Notes under the pieces: model-generated | Seen by the model: the letters and a program-made list of their open reading frames with translations, nothing else | Databases searched by the model: none | Told to the model about the DNA's origin: nothing | Position numbers and translations under genes: made by a program | Source of the DNA: Dehalococcoidia bacterium | GTDB lineage: Bacteria; Chloroflexota; Dehalococcoidia; Lucifugimonadales; JAGWBF01 | DNA: 64,000 bases | Reading direction: 5' to 3' | Assembly: GCA_963663025.1 (NCBI GenBank) | Contig: OY760073.1 | Span: 1,523,111 to 1,587,110 of the forward strand | Shown: in pieces, positions 39,760 to 49,805 of the stretch | Layout: every line of letters starts with the position of its first letter | How positions within the stretch are numbered: position 1 is the first letter of the stretch

Positions 39760-41217
39760 CTACCCCCGCAGGTTTGGGTGACGGGCTGCCTTGGCTTCGT
39801 CCAGGCGGGTGACCGGGGTGGTGTGGGGAGCGCCGGTAACCAGTTCGGGGTCCTCGGCAACTTCCCGGTCGATGGCCTTCATCACATCGATGAAAGCATC
39901 CAGGGTTTCCTTGCTCTCGGCCTCGGTAGGCTCGATCATCAGGGCTTCTTCGACGATGAGGGGGAAGTACATGGTGGGGGAGTGGAACCCGTAGTCCAGC
40001 AGCCTCTTGGCGATGTCCAGGCCCTTGACACCCTTGGCCCGCTGGTCCTTGGACGAGAGTATGACCTCATGCATGCACCGGCGGTCGTAGGGCAGGTGGT
40101 AGGTGTCCCTCAGCGCTTCCAGCAGGTAGTTGGCGTTGATCACCGCATCTCCGCTTATCTGCTCCAGACCCGATGCTCCCAGGCTCCGTATGTAGGTGTA
40201 CGCCCTCACCAGCACACCGAAGTTGCCGTGGAACCCGCCTACCCTTCCAATGCTATCGGGCGGAGACTCCAGAGAGTACACCTCCCCGCCGTTTTCCGTG
40301 TTCTTGACGACGATGGGCGATGGAAGATAAGGCAGCAGGGTGTCCGAGACGCATACGGGCCCTGAACCCGGACCACCTCCGCCATGGGGGGTGGAGAAGG
40401 TCTTATGCAGGTTGAGGTGCACAACGTCGAACCCCATGTGCCCCAGCTTGGCGCGACCTAGGAGAGCGTTCATGTTGGCGCCGTCGCCATACACCAGCCC
40501 GCCGGCCCGGTGCACCATGTCGCACAGACCGACGATGTCGTTGTTGAACAACCCCAGGGTGTTGGGCTGGGTAATCATCACACCGGCAAGCCTGTCCGAC
40601 GCCAGCTCTGCCATGCGGTCCATGTCCATGTTGCCCTTGTCGCTGGACGCTACGCTGACGACCTCGAAGCCAGCCATGGCGGCGGAAGCCGGGTTGGTGC
40701 CGTGGGCGCTGTCGGGTATAGCCACCACGGTGCGCTTATCATCGCCCCGCTGCTTGTGGTATTCCCTGATCATCAGCATGCCGCACAGCTCACCCTGGGC
40801 ACCGGCCAGGGGCGCCAGGCTGGTCCCCTTCATGCCAGTGATCTCCGCCAGGTAACCTTGGAGCATGTACATCAACTGCAGGCTTCCCTGGGCCTGCCCG
40901 TCGGTCTGGCGAGGATGGGAGGCTGCAAAGCCGGGCATGAAAGCTATCTCTTCGTTCAACTTGGGATTGTACTTCATGGTGCAGCTGCCCAAGGGGTAGA
41001 AGTTGGTGTCTATGGAGTAGTTCAGCCGGCTTAGGTTGGTGAAGTAACGCACCAGCTCCGGCTCGCTGAGCTCGGGCAGGGGCAAGTCGTCCCTTAAGAG
41101 ATGGTCTCCGGGAAGGAGCTGCGCGGGAACATCCAGGTCCGGAAGGTTGGACCCAATCCGACCCGGGGTGCTCCGTTCCATCAAGGTGCGCCTGTCAAAG
41201 GACGGCAGCGCGCTCAT
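39760..41217 (-). CDS. gcvPB: Glycine dehydrogenase (decarboxylating) subunit 2
   Basis: PLGSCTMKYNP, SAHGTNPASA and HLNLHKTFSTPHGGGGPG motifs. Confidence 0.96.
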   Translation of the reverse strand: MSALPSFDRRTLMERSTPGRIGSNLPDLDVPAQLLPGDHLLRDDLPLPELSEPELVRYFTNLSRLNYSIDTNFYPLGSCTMKYNPKLNEEIAFMPGFAASHPRQTDGQAQGSLQLMYMLQGYLAEITGMKGTSLAPLAGAQGELCGMLMIREYHKQRGDDKRTVVAIPDSAHGTNPASAAMAGFEVVSVASSDKGNMDMDRMAELASDRLAGVMITQPNTLGLFNNDIVGLCDMVHRAGGLVYGDGANMNALLGRAKLGHMGFDVVHLNLHKTFSTPHGGGGPGSGPVCVSDTLLPYLPSPIVVKNTENGGEVYSLESPPDSIGRVGGFHGNFGVLVRAYTYIRSLGASGLEQISGDAVINANYLLEALRDTYHLPYDRRCMHEVILSSKDQRAKGVKGLDIAKRLLDYGFHSPTMYFPLIVEEALMIEPTEAESKETLDAFIDVMKAIDREVAEDPELVTGAPHTTPVTRLDEAKAARHPNLRG

Positions 41218-41273
41218 CTCGTCCTATCTCCCGTCAGCGCAATTGTGCAAGTAGTTGTCACAGCTTCCTCATC

Positions 41274-42626
41274 CTATGTCAGTCCCGCGAGGGCTTCTAC
41301 GAGGCGGTCGATATCCCCGCGGGTGTTGACTTCGGTCACGCAGAGCAGCATCCCATTCTCGACGATGTCCCCGACATCCAGCCCGCCTATGATGCCGGCT
41401 TCCAGCAGCCCGGCGTTTATCTCGGAAGCCGGGCGGGGACATCTGACGGTGAACTCCTGGAAGAACTCCCCGCTGTCATGCAGGGAATAGCCAGGCAGAT
41501 GAGATATGGCCGATGCGGCGTAGTGGGCTTTGTGGTAGCAGAGCTCGGCCACGTGGCGCAGGCCATGCCTGCCCAGGGCCGCCATGTATATGGTGGCGGC
41601 CAGGGACATCAGGGCCTGGTTGGTGCATATGTTGCTGGTGGCCCTCTCCCGCCGGATGTGCTGCTCCCGGGTGCTCAGGGTCAGCACGTAGCCGGTGCGT
41701 CCCTGGGAGTCGTTGGTCTCCCCGGCGATCCTGCCGGGCATCTGCCTCAGGTACTCCATCTTGCTGGAGAAGAGGCCCACGTAGGGCCCGCCGAAGCTGA
41801 CGGGCAGGCCCAAAGCTTGGCCTTCTCCCGTGACGATGTCGGCGCCGTATTCCCCGGGCGGCTTGAGCATTCCCATGGCAAAGGGGTCGGCCGACACCAC
41901 GAACAGCACCCCCTTGGCGTGAGCTTCCCTCTCCAGGGCGGCCATATCTTCGATATAGCCCAGGAAGTTGGGGTACTGGGCGATGAGACATGCCGTATCT
42001 TCGGGGAGCCCGTCCCTTCGATTTCCCTCAGGGCGAGCGGACTCATTCAAGACTTGGCTGGGGTCCAGCACATCTATCTGTATGCCCTGGGCGCCGACGT
42101 AGGTGCTTATCACCTCGCGATAGGTGGGCGAGGTGGAGTCCAGCACAGCCACTCGCCCGCGCCCTGTAACACGGCAGGACATGAGGGCAGCTTCCGCCAG
42201 CGCCGAGGCGCCGTCGTACATGCCAGCGTCAGCCACCTCCATGCCCAGCAGGTTGCACACCATGGTCTGGAAGTCATAGGTGGCTTGGAGGGTGCCCTGG
42301 CTGGCCTCGGGCTGGTACGGAGTGTAGGCGGTGAGGAACTCCCCCCGGCTTATCAGGGCCCTGACCACGCTGGGGCTGAAGTGGTTGTAGGCCCCTGCGC
42401 CAAGGAAGGAGATGTACCTGCCGAGATGGTGGTTCTCTCCAGCCATCTCTCCCATCTCCCGGCGCAGCTCCAGCTCCGAAAGGGGAGAGGGAATCTCCAG
42501 CTTGGGGTTGCGATATTCGTCGGGGATATCGGCAAACAGCTCGTCCAGGTCGGAGACCCCGATGGCCTTCAGCATCGCTGCGCGGTCATCGTCGGTATTG
42601 GGTATGTAGTGGCTGCGACCCGTCAA
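41274..42626 (-). CDS. gcvPA: Glycine dehydrogenase (decarboxylating) subunit 1
   Basis: TAYTPYQPEASQG, MYDGASA and TREQHIRRERATSNICTNQ motifs. Confidence 0.96.
   Translation of the reverse strand: MTGRSHYIPNTDDDRAAMLKAIGVSDLDELFADIPDEYRNPKLEIPSPLSELELRREMGEMAGENHHLGRYISFLGAGAYNHFSPSVVRALISRGEFLTAYTPYQPEASQGTLQATYDFQTMVCNLLGMEVADAGMYDGASALAEAALMSCRVTGRGRVAVLDSTSPTYREVISTYVGAQGIQIDVLDPSQVLNESARPEGNRRDGLPEDTACLIAQYPNFLGYIEDMAALEREAHAKGVLFVVSADPFAMGMLKPPGEYGADIVTGEGQALGLPVSFGGPYVGLFSSKMEYLRQMPGRIAGETNDSQGRTGYVLTLSTREQHIRRERATSNICTNQALMSLAATIYMAALGRHGLRHVAELCYHKAHYAASAISHLPGYSLHDSGEFFQEFTVRCPRPASEINAGLLEAGIIGGLDVGDIVENGMLLCVTEVNTRGDIDRLVEALAGLT
42009..42040 (-). repeat. REP-like unit inserted in frame in gcvPA
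   Basis: Minus strand CCGCTCGCCCTGAGGGAAATCGAAGGGACGGG versus intergenic CCGTTCGCCCTGAGGCTCTCGAAGGG (27515); encodes SARPEGNRRDG. A degenerate copy is at 42669-42691. Confidence 0.8.
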
Positions 42627-42741
42627 TGGGTTTGCTCCAACGTGATTCCTTTGATGTGATCAGAACGGCCCTTAGATTCCCTTCAAGGCGAAGGGAGAGG
42701 ATAGCTGGCACCATGCGAAGCGTATGACGGTAGCCCGGCAG

Positions 42742-43131
42742 CTAGCTAGGCAGATCGCTGAGAAAGGCTTCGTACTGCTCTGCCGTAAGCAAGCTGTCCA
42801 ACTCCGAAGGGTCGGAAGTCTCTATGTGGACAAGCCACCCTTGTCCAAAGGGGTCTTCGTTGACCAGCTCGGGGCTTCCCGACAACGACTCGTTTACTTC
42901 TACGATCTCGCCAGATACCGGTGAAAAGATATCAGATACCGCCTTTACCGACTCCACCTCTCCAAGCTTGTCAAACTGGGCCAGCTTGGTGCCGACCTTG
43001 GGTAGGTCGAGGTACACCACGTCGCCAAGGTGGTCCTGGGCGAACTTGGTAATGCCCACAACCCCCTTGGAACTGCCATCCATGAGCACCCACTCATGGT
43101 CCTTGGAGTATTTGCGGTCGGTCGGATTCAT
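42742..43131 (-). CDS. gcvH: Glycine cleavage system H protein
   Basis: HEW, GITKFAQDHLGDVV, VESVKA (lipoyl Lys) and VNEDPFGQGW motifs. Confidence 0.97.
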   Translation of the reverse strand: MNPTDRKYSKDHEWVLMDGSSKGVVGITKFAQDHLGDVVYLDLPKVGTKLAQFDKLGEVESVKAVSDIFSPVSGEIVEVNESLSGSPELVNEDPFGQGWLVHIETSDPSELDSLLTAEQYEAFLSDLPS

Positions 43132-44228
43132 CCGCCACCCTTCCTCGAGTAGAAAGGCAAAGGCGTTACAACGCCTTCTGCCATCTGCCCCCGGATATCC
43201 ACCTGGACCTGCTGACCGGGGGTGGAAAAACCTTCCAAAACATAGGCCAAAGCTATATTCCTGTCAAGGGACGGGGAAATGCTCCCGCTGGTGATCGTTC
43301 CCACTGCTTCGCCATTCCCATGGACCGCGTATCCCTCCCTAGGGATACGCTTGCCTTCTACCACCAGGCCTACCAAGCGTCTCCGGGTTCCTTCGGCGCT
43401 CTGGCGGCGCAGCACTTCGGCGCCGACGAACTCCTTGTCCAGCTGCACATACCTCCCCAGTCCCGCTTCTATGGGGGTCGTCTCGGGAGTGATGTCGTGC
43501 CCGTGCAACGCCAGTCCCGCCTCCAAGCGAAGGACATCCCTGGAGCCTAGGCCGCAGGGTGAGCCGCCCGCATCCATCAATGTATCCCAAATGGCAGGCG
43601 CGTCGCAGGCATCTGCTATGAGCTCGAAGCCATCCTCGCCTGTGTAGCCCGTCCTGCCAATCAGCGCCGACCGGGAAGCGACCTGGCATTGCGCGCTTGC
43701 GAAGGGCCTGAGGCCCGATGCCGACCCACCGCACAACCCATCAAGGCCGGCGGCGCCCTCTGGCCCCTGGAAGGCAATCATGGCAGTAGAGAGGGTGCGG
43801 TCATCCACCGAGGCTCCCCCAAATCGTTCCTGCACCCACCGGTCCAGCAACGCCATCACCTCGTTCCGGTTGCCGGCGTTGCACACAAGCAGGTAGCTTT
43901 CGTCGTCCAGGCGGTAGAAGACCGTGTCGTCGATGATCCCGCCGGCCTCGTTGCAGATCATAGCGTACCTAGCCCTGCCAAGCCTCAGGCTGGCGGCCCC
44001 GGCGGTTACGACCCAATCCAGCAGGGACGCGGCGTCGCTGCCAGAGATGTAGAGCCTGCCCATATGGGAAACATCGAAGATTCCGGCCCTGGTACGCACG
44101 GCCTTGGTCTCATCCAAGATCCCCGAGTACTCCAGTGGCATCTCCCACCCGGCGAAGGGCACAATGCGCGCCCCAAGGTCAACGTGGGTCTGGTAGAGAG
44201 CAGTGCGCCTCAGGTTCTCGGAGTTCAA
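43128..44228 (-). CDS. gcvT: Aminomethyltransferase (glycine cleavage T protein)
   Basis: [25 protein letters not shown] and RDVLRLEAG motifs. Confidence 0.96.
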   Translation of the reverse strand: MNSENLRRTALYQTHVDLGARIVPFAGWEMPLEYSGILDETKAVRTRAGIFDVSHMGRLYISGSDAASLLDWVVTAGAASLRLGRARYAMICNEAGGIIDDTVFYRLDDESYLLVCNAGNRNEVMALLDRWVQERFGGASVDDRTLSTAMIAFQGPEGAAGLDGLCGGSASGLRPFASAQCQVASRSALIGRTGYTGEDGFELIADACDAPAIWDTLMDAGGSPCGLGSRDVLRLEAGLALHGHDITPETTPIEAGLGRYVQLDKEFVGAEVLRRQSAEGTRRRLVGLVVEGKRIPREGYAVHGNGEAVGTITSGSISPSLDRNIALAYVLEGFSTPGQQVQVDIRGQMAEGVVTPLPFYSRKGGG

Positions 44229-44285
44229 AGCCGGTACCTCCCGAATTCGACCGTCGCCGCCTAGCTTAAACTACCCCAGGGGTAT

Positions 44286-46148
44286 CTAACAACCGGCGGC
44301 TTCTACAGGGCTATCCTGTTGGTCGAACCCGGTGCCGTTGAGGCCGTAGTTCACCGCGTAAAGGTGGGCGTAGGCCCCGTTTCTGGCGAGAAGCTCATCG
44401 TGCTTGCCCACCTCAACGATGCGTCCGTGGTCCAGCACCACTATCTTGTCGGCGTTTCGTATGGTGGAAAGACGGTGGGCGATGATTATCGACGTCCGTC
44501 CCACCAGGATCTCCTTCAGTGCGTTCTGGATGAGCATCTCGGTGTGGGAGTCTATGTTGGCCGTCGCTTCGTCGAGGATAAGGATGCGGGGGTTGGCCAC
44601 GATGGCCCTGGCAAAGCTGATAAGCTGCCGCTGACCTACACTCAGGTTGGAACCCCGCTCGGCCAGCTCGGTGTCGTATCCCTGCTCCATGGCAGATATA
44701 AAGTCGTGGGCGCCCACCGCACGGGCGGCGGCCTCCACCTGTTCATCGGTCACTTCTTGGTGGTTGTAGCGGATGTTCTCCTTTACGGTGCCTGACAGCA
44801 GGTAGGGCTCCTGGAGCACCATCCCCATCTTTCCGACGATGGACCGGCGGGTGTAGTCGCGCAGGTCGTGTCCGTCGACCTTTATGCTTCCACCCGTAAC
44901 GTCGGCGAACCGTGTGAGCAGGGTCACGAAGGTGCTTTTTCCTGCTCCCGTCGCACCGACCAGGGCTACCGTCTCGCCTGGGAGGATGTGCAGGTTCACA
45001 TCTTTCAGAACATCGACTCCCGCCACGTACTGGAAGTTGACCTTGTCGTACTTGACCTCGCCCCGGACGTCATCGACATTCACGGCTCCCTTGGAATCCA
45101 CCACGTCGGGCTTGAGGTCCAGCACTTCGAATATCCTGGCGCCGGCGGCCATCGCCCGCTGAAGGTGGCTGTACTGCATGGTCAACTGGCGTATGGGTTC
45201 GAAGAAGCGCTGAATGTACATGGCGAAGGCTAGGAGCACGCCCCACTCAATGCTCCCCCCCAGCACCAGGTAACCCCCCATGACGATGACCGAGCTGATG
45301 GCAAAGCCTGTCAGGGCCTCAACCATGGGATTGAGGGCCCCGGAAAAACGACTTGCTTGCAGGTTGGCATCCAGGTGCTCCCGGTTCAGCTTCTCGAAAT
45401 TGGCGAGATTCTGCTCCTGCCGGTTCATGCTTTCGACGACCCGGATGCCGGTGATGTTCTGGTTGTATTCGCCGTTCACTATGGCAATGGCCTGCCTTAT
45501 GCGCACAAAGGAGCGCTTGGCGTACCGCTGCCAGTAAGCCAGTAGCAGGAATAGGACCGGGATGACGCTCAAGCAGAGTAACCCAAGGCGAACGTCGGTG
45601 ACGCCCGCCAGCGGGAGAACAACCAGCATGAGGATGATGACCCCGCCCAAGGTGAGAATCTCTGAAAGGCTTTGGATAATGACGTCCAGGGTTTCCTGGA
45701 TCTGCATAACGTCGCTGGTGCTGCGAGAGATGAGTCTCCCAACGGGCGTCCGATGGTGGAACGCGGGGGACAAGGTCTGTATGTGATCGAACATCTCGGT
45801 CCGCAGGTCATACAGCACCTTCTGGCTGACCCTGGGGATGAAGATGAAGTGGGCGTAGTTAGCGGCGAAGTGGGCTAATGCGACGGCAAAGAATGCACCT
45901 GCCATGATGTCGAGCCCGCTCCTGTCCCCCTCAATGATGAACTCGTTGATGGTGAACATGAGCAGCAGGGGTATGGACACGTTGGCTGCAGTGTAGATCA
46001 GCACCGAAGCAATGGAGATGAACGCCTCACGTTTGTAGGGCTTGAGGTAGCCCAGCATGCGGACAACAACCTTGTGGTCGTAGGGCGAGCCGAATGTACC
46101 CTCATCGTCCAGGATGTCCAGGGTGGGGGAGCCCGGGTTTCGCATCAT
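44286..46148 (-). CDS. Heterodimeric ABC exporter half-transporter (TMD-NBD)
   Basis: Six-TM N-terminal half; GATGAGKS, LSVGQ (degenerate signature), ILILDEAT. Confidence 0.92.
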   Translation of the reverse strand: MMRNPGSPTLDILDDEGTFGSPYDHKVVVRMLGYLKPYKREAFISIASVLIYTAANVSIPLLLMFTINEFIIEGDRSGLDIMAGAFFAVALAHFAANYAHFIFIPRVSQKVLYDLRTEMFDHIQTLSPAFHHRTPVGRLISRSTSDVMQIQETLDVIIQSLSEILTLGGVIILMLVVLPLAGVTDVRLGLLCLSVIPVLFLLLAYWQRYAKRSFVRIRQAIAIVNGEYNQNITGIRVVESMNRQEQNLANFEKLNREHLDANLQASRFSGALNPMVEALTGFAISSVIVMGGYLVLGGSIEWGVLLAFAMYIQRFFEPIRQLTMQYSHLQRAMAAGARIFEVLDLKPDVVDSKGAVNVDDVRGEVKYDKVNFQYVAGVDVLKDVNLHILPGETVALVGATGAGKSTFVTLLTRFADVTGGSIKVDGHDLRDYTRRSIVGKMGMVLQEPYLLSGTVKENIRYNHQEVTDEQVEAAARAVGAHDFISAMEQGYDTELAERGSNLSVGQRQLISFARAIVANPRILILDEATANIDSHTEMLIQNALKEILVGRTSIIIAHRLSTIRNADKIVVLDHGRIVEVGKHDELLARNGAYAHLYAVNYGLNGTGFDQQDSPVEAAGC

Positions 46149-46167
46149 ATCTACGGACTCGCCTCGA

Positions 46168-47991
46168 TCATCCAGTCACAGCCCCCATGTGGGATTGCAG
46201 AGGAGCATCCAAGAGCATCTCCTCTTGGGGACGTAGCTGGAGTTCGTATATCTGCCTGTACATGCCTTTGCGGCCCACAAGTTCGTCGTGGCTGCCCATC
46301 TCCGCGACCTTCCCGTCCTCCAGAACGAGAATCAGGTCAGCCTTGCGGACGGTGCTCAGCCGGTGGGCTATGACAAAGGTGGTCCGCCCCGCCATAACCT
46401 CCTCCATAGCCTTATGAATCTTCATCTCGGTTTCCACATCAACGCTGGATGTCGAATCATCAAGGATCAGGATGGGCGGGTCCAAGAGGATGGTGCGGGC
46501 TATGGAAAGCCGCTGCCTCTGCCCGCCCGACAAGGTGACGCCCCTCTCTCCCACCCAGGTGTCGTAGCCGTCTGGCAGCTCCATTATGTGATCGTGGAGT
46601 TGGGCGATCTTGGCAGCCTCTACCACATCCTCGAAGAACGCCTCGGAGTTCCCGTAAGCGATGTTGTCCCTGATGGTGGCGGTAAACAGGTGAACATCCT
46701 GCTGGACGATTCCCACGTTGCGTCGCAGGGATGCAAGGGTGAAGTCTCGTACATCCATGCCTCCAACCGAGATTGCGCCGGAGGTGGCATCGTAAAAGCG
46801 GGGTATCAAGCTGACAATGGTGCTCTTTCCGCTGCCGGGAGACCCCAGCAGGGCAACGACTGAGTTGGACTTCACCCTCAGGTCCAAGTGGCTTAGCGCA
46901 GGAGCGCCATGATCATAAGAGAAGGACACATCATCGAAAACCACCTCGCCGGAAACCCGGTCCACTTCGATGGCATCGGGCTTTTCGGACACCGGTGATA
47001 TCGCATCCAGTACATCGAAGAGCCTGCGCCCCGAGGCCGATGCCCTGGAATACACGTTGATGACGAAGGGCACCATCCTGATGGGAAAGGTGAGAAGGTT
47101 CAGGTACAAGACGAATTGGGTGAACTCGGCCGCATCCATGGTCCCGCCGATGACCTGCCGTCCGCCGAACCATAGCAGCAAGCCCAGGGCAATGGTGAAG
47201 CCGACGGACATCTTGGCGCTCTCGGTGCCCTGAAGCTGCTCCGACTGCAGGTACTCGTGCTGCACTACCCTCGCCTTGGCTGCGTACTTCTTCTTTTCGT
47301 GTTCCTCGGCTGCAAAGGCCTTAACTACGTGGATGCCCGTAAGATTCTCCTGCAGGATGGTCACCATCTCCCCGGTAACTTCCTGAACCCGCGCCCACAT
47401 CCGACGCATCCGGCTCATTACTATCGAAGACCTGACCACCAGAAGGGGTGTCAACGAGAGGCTGATGAGGGCCAGCTTCCAGTCCATTATCAGAAGGATG
47501 CACACTATGGCGATGAGGCGGATGGCAACCTCCGGGGCCCTGATCATCCCCATCATCACAAAGCGTCGCACAGTCTCGATGTCGGACGTCGCTTTGGACA
47601 TCAGGTTGCCGGTGTGCTCCTTGTCGTGAAAGGCGAAGCTCACGTTCTGCAGCTTGTCGTAGAAGCGGTTCCGCAGATCGTAGGTGGCCAATTGGGACAG
47701 AGACTCGGAGGTGTAGGTGCGGAAGAAGTCGAAGAGTCCCCTACTGATGCTGACCAAGCCCAGGAGCACCGCCATCCAGAAGAGGCCATCGGGGAAGGCA
47801 AAGAGTACCTCATCGCGGTCAACCGATGCGATGGCCCCAGCCCCGTGCTCATCCACGATGCCTACGGCGATGCCGACGATACGTACGATCAGCATGGCCA
47901 GGGCTGTCGCGCCAAGCAGGCTCACATAAGCAAGGATCAGGCGTCCTTTGTGACGCCACACCATGCTCATGATTCTAAGCAGTACAAGCAT
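46168..47991 (-). CDS. Heterodimeric ABC exporter half-transporter (TMD-NBD)
   Basis: GSPGSGKS, LSGGQ and ILILDDS (degenerate Walker B), the asymmetric pattern typical of such pairs. Confidence 0.92.
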   Translation of the reverse strand: MLVLLRIMSMVWRHKGRLILAYVSLLGATALAMLIVRIVGIAVGIVDEHGAGAIASVDRDEVLFAFPDGLFWMAVLLGLVSISRGLFDFFRTYTSESLSQLATYDLRNRFYDKLQNVSFAFHDKEHTGNLMSKATSDIETVRRFVMMGMIRAPEVAIRLIAIVCILLIMDWKLALISLSLTPLLVVRSSIVMSRMRRMWARVQEVTGEMVTILQENLTGIHVVKAFAAEEHEKKKYAAKARVVQHEYLQSEQLQGTESAKMSVGFTIALGLLLWFGGRQVIGGTMDAAEFTQFVLYLNLLTFPIRMVPFVINVYSRASASGRRLFDVLDAISPVSEKPDAIEVDRVSGEVVFDDVSFSYDHGAPALSHLDLRVKSNSVVALLGSPGSGKSTIVSLIPRFYDATSGAISVGGMDVRDFTLASLRRNVGIVQQDVHLFTATIRDNIAYGNSEAFFEDVVEAAKIAQLHDHIMELPDGYDTWVGERGVTLSGGQRQRLSIARTILLDPPILILDDSTSSVDVETEMKIHKAMEEVMAGRTTFVIAHRLSTVRKADLILVLEDGKVAEMGSHDELVGRKGMYRQIYELQLRPQEEMLLDAPLQSHMGAVTG

Positions 47992-48235
47992 CTAAACGAC
48001 TACACGCATCCTTGGGGAAAGACTACAAGGGATCCGGCCCTACTACGCAGGACCCACAGCGGCCCCTCATCATCCGGTATCATCTCGGTATCAGTATCAA
48101 TATGATATATCAATTGACAGAATTAGCCAACCGGAATGCCCTGGATTTGGCAATGCACCATAGGGCCTTCAATTGACCCTGCCGCAGTTGTGGCTTAGTA
48201 TGAATTCCCAACCATAAAGGGAGGTCCTTGGCCCC

Positions 48236-49645
48236 ATGAAGATGTACATAGCCGGACAGTGGGTGGATAAGGCTGCCAGAATGCCCGTCCTCAACCCCTA
48301 CGACTCCGTCGAAATCGACACAGTGCCGAGGGGAGATGCTGGCGATGTGGATGCGGCCATCTCCAGCGCCGTGGTGGGCGCCGACATCATGGCGAAGATG
48401 CCGGCCTATGACCGCTACCTGATCATCAAGAAGACCGCCGACCTGATCGCTGAGCGGGCCGAGGAACACGCCCGAATCCTGAGCATGGAGGAGGGGAAGA
48501 CCCTCACCGAAGCCAGGGGTGAGATCGGCAGGGCTGTGCAGACTCTCACCATGTCGGCCGAGGAAGGGAAGCGCATCCACGGCGAGACTATTCCACTGGA
48601 TGCGGCTCCGGGCACCGGCCGGGCCTTCGGGTTCACCATACGGGTGCCCTGCGGCGTCGTGGCTGCCATATGTCCCTTCAACTTCCCGCTGAACCTGGTG
48701 TGCCACAAGGTCGGTCCCGCCCTGGCTGCGGGCAACGCGGTGATCATCAAACCTGCCTCGGACACTCCGCTGTCGGCGCTGAAGCTGACCGAGGTGCTGC
48801 TGGAAGCTGGCCTGCCCCCTGAGGCGGTGCAGTGCGTCACCGGTCCCGGCGGGGAGATAGGCGATGCCCTGAGCACCGACCGGCGAGTCAGGAAGATTTC
48901 CTTCACAGGCAGCAGGGATGTGGGCGAGCGCATATGCCAGAAGGCCGGTATCAAGAAGGTGACCATGGAGCTGGGCTCCAACAGCCCCATGGTCATCATG
49001 CCCGACGCCGACCTGGACAAGGTCGCCCAAGCTACCATCGCCAGCGGCTACTCAAACGCGGGGCAGGTGTGCATCTCCACCCAGCGGGTGCTGGTCGATG
49101 CCAGGGTGTACGGGGAGTACCTGGATGTCCTGAAGCCACAGGTGGAGCGGATGAACGTGGGGAACCCCCAAGCCCAAGGAACGCAGATGGGGCCCATGAT
49201 ACGGGAGTCCGACGCCATACGCGTGGGCGACTGGATACAGGAGGCGGTGGACTCAGGCGCAAGGGTGGTGGCCGGAGGCGACAGGGAAGGCACCCTGCAT
49301 GCTCCTACTGTCGTGGCTGACGTAACGCCCGGAATGCGCATATCCTACGACGAGGTGTTCGGGCCTGCGGTGGCTGTCAGCCACTTCAAGGACATCGACG
49401 AAGCCATCACCATGGCCAACGACACCATATACGGCCTGTCGGCGGGCCTGTTCACCCAGAACCTGGAGTGGGCTATGCGGTTTGCCCGGGAGGTACATTC
49501 GGGCAACCTGATGATCAACTCCAGCCCCCAGTTCAGGGCGGACCTGATGCCCTACGGCGGGCTGAAGGACAGCGGCATGGGCAAGGAAGGCCCCTACTAC
49601 GCTGTACAGGAGATGACCGAGCTCAAGATGGTCGCCTTCCACTGA
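48236..49645 (+). CDS. Aldehyde dehydrogenase family protein
   Basis: PFNFPLN, FTGS, ELGSN, GQVCIS, EVFGP and PYGG motifs. Confidence 0.92.
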   Translation: MKMYIAGQWVDKAARMPVLNPYDSVEIDTVPRGDAGDVDAAISSAVVGADIMAKMPAYDRYLIIKKTADLIAERAEEHARILSMEEGKTLTEARGEIGRAVQTLTMSAEEGKRIHGETIPLDAAPGTGRAFGFTIRVPCGVVAAICPFNFPLNLVCHKVGPALAAGNAVIIKPASDTPLSALKLTEVLLEAGLPPEAVQCVTGPGGEIGDALSTDRRVRKISFTGSRDVGERICQKAGIKKVTMELGSNSPMVIMPDADLDKVAQATIASGYSNAGQVCISTQRVLVDARVYGEYLDVLKPQVERMNVGNPQAQGTQMGPMIRESDAIRVGDWIQEAVDSGARVVAGGDREGTLHAPTVVADVTPGMRISYDEVFGPAVAVSHFKDIDEAITMANDTIYGLSAGLFTQNLEWAMRFAREVHSGNLMINSSPQFRADLMPYGGLKDSGMGKEGPYYAVQEMTELKMVAFH

Positions 49646-49726
49646 TCCGGGGGCCGAAAGGTCCCGACCGGGTCAGGCCAGCGCTTGACGGGAGTACTTG
49701 CCCTTCCTCAGGCGGAAGGGGGCCAT
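49562..49726 (+). repeat. 165-bp junction repeat A: true ALDH 3' end + hairpin + orphan 3' end of the GT2 gene
   Basis: Aligns without gaps to 51079-51243, with 12 substitutions by manual count. Confidence 0.95.
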
Positions 49727-49805
49727 ATTTTCATCGCGTCTGGTTATTTATTGCCCGACCCGTCTTGGCAACCACAGCCTAATTCAGTCGGCTAGCCGGT
49801 ATGTG

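Noticed and set aside
44229..44285. Glycine riboswitch upstream of gcvT
   Set aside because: Only 57 nt separate gcvT from the ABC gene, and I see no aptamer motifs.
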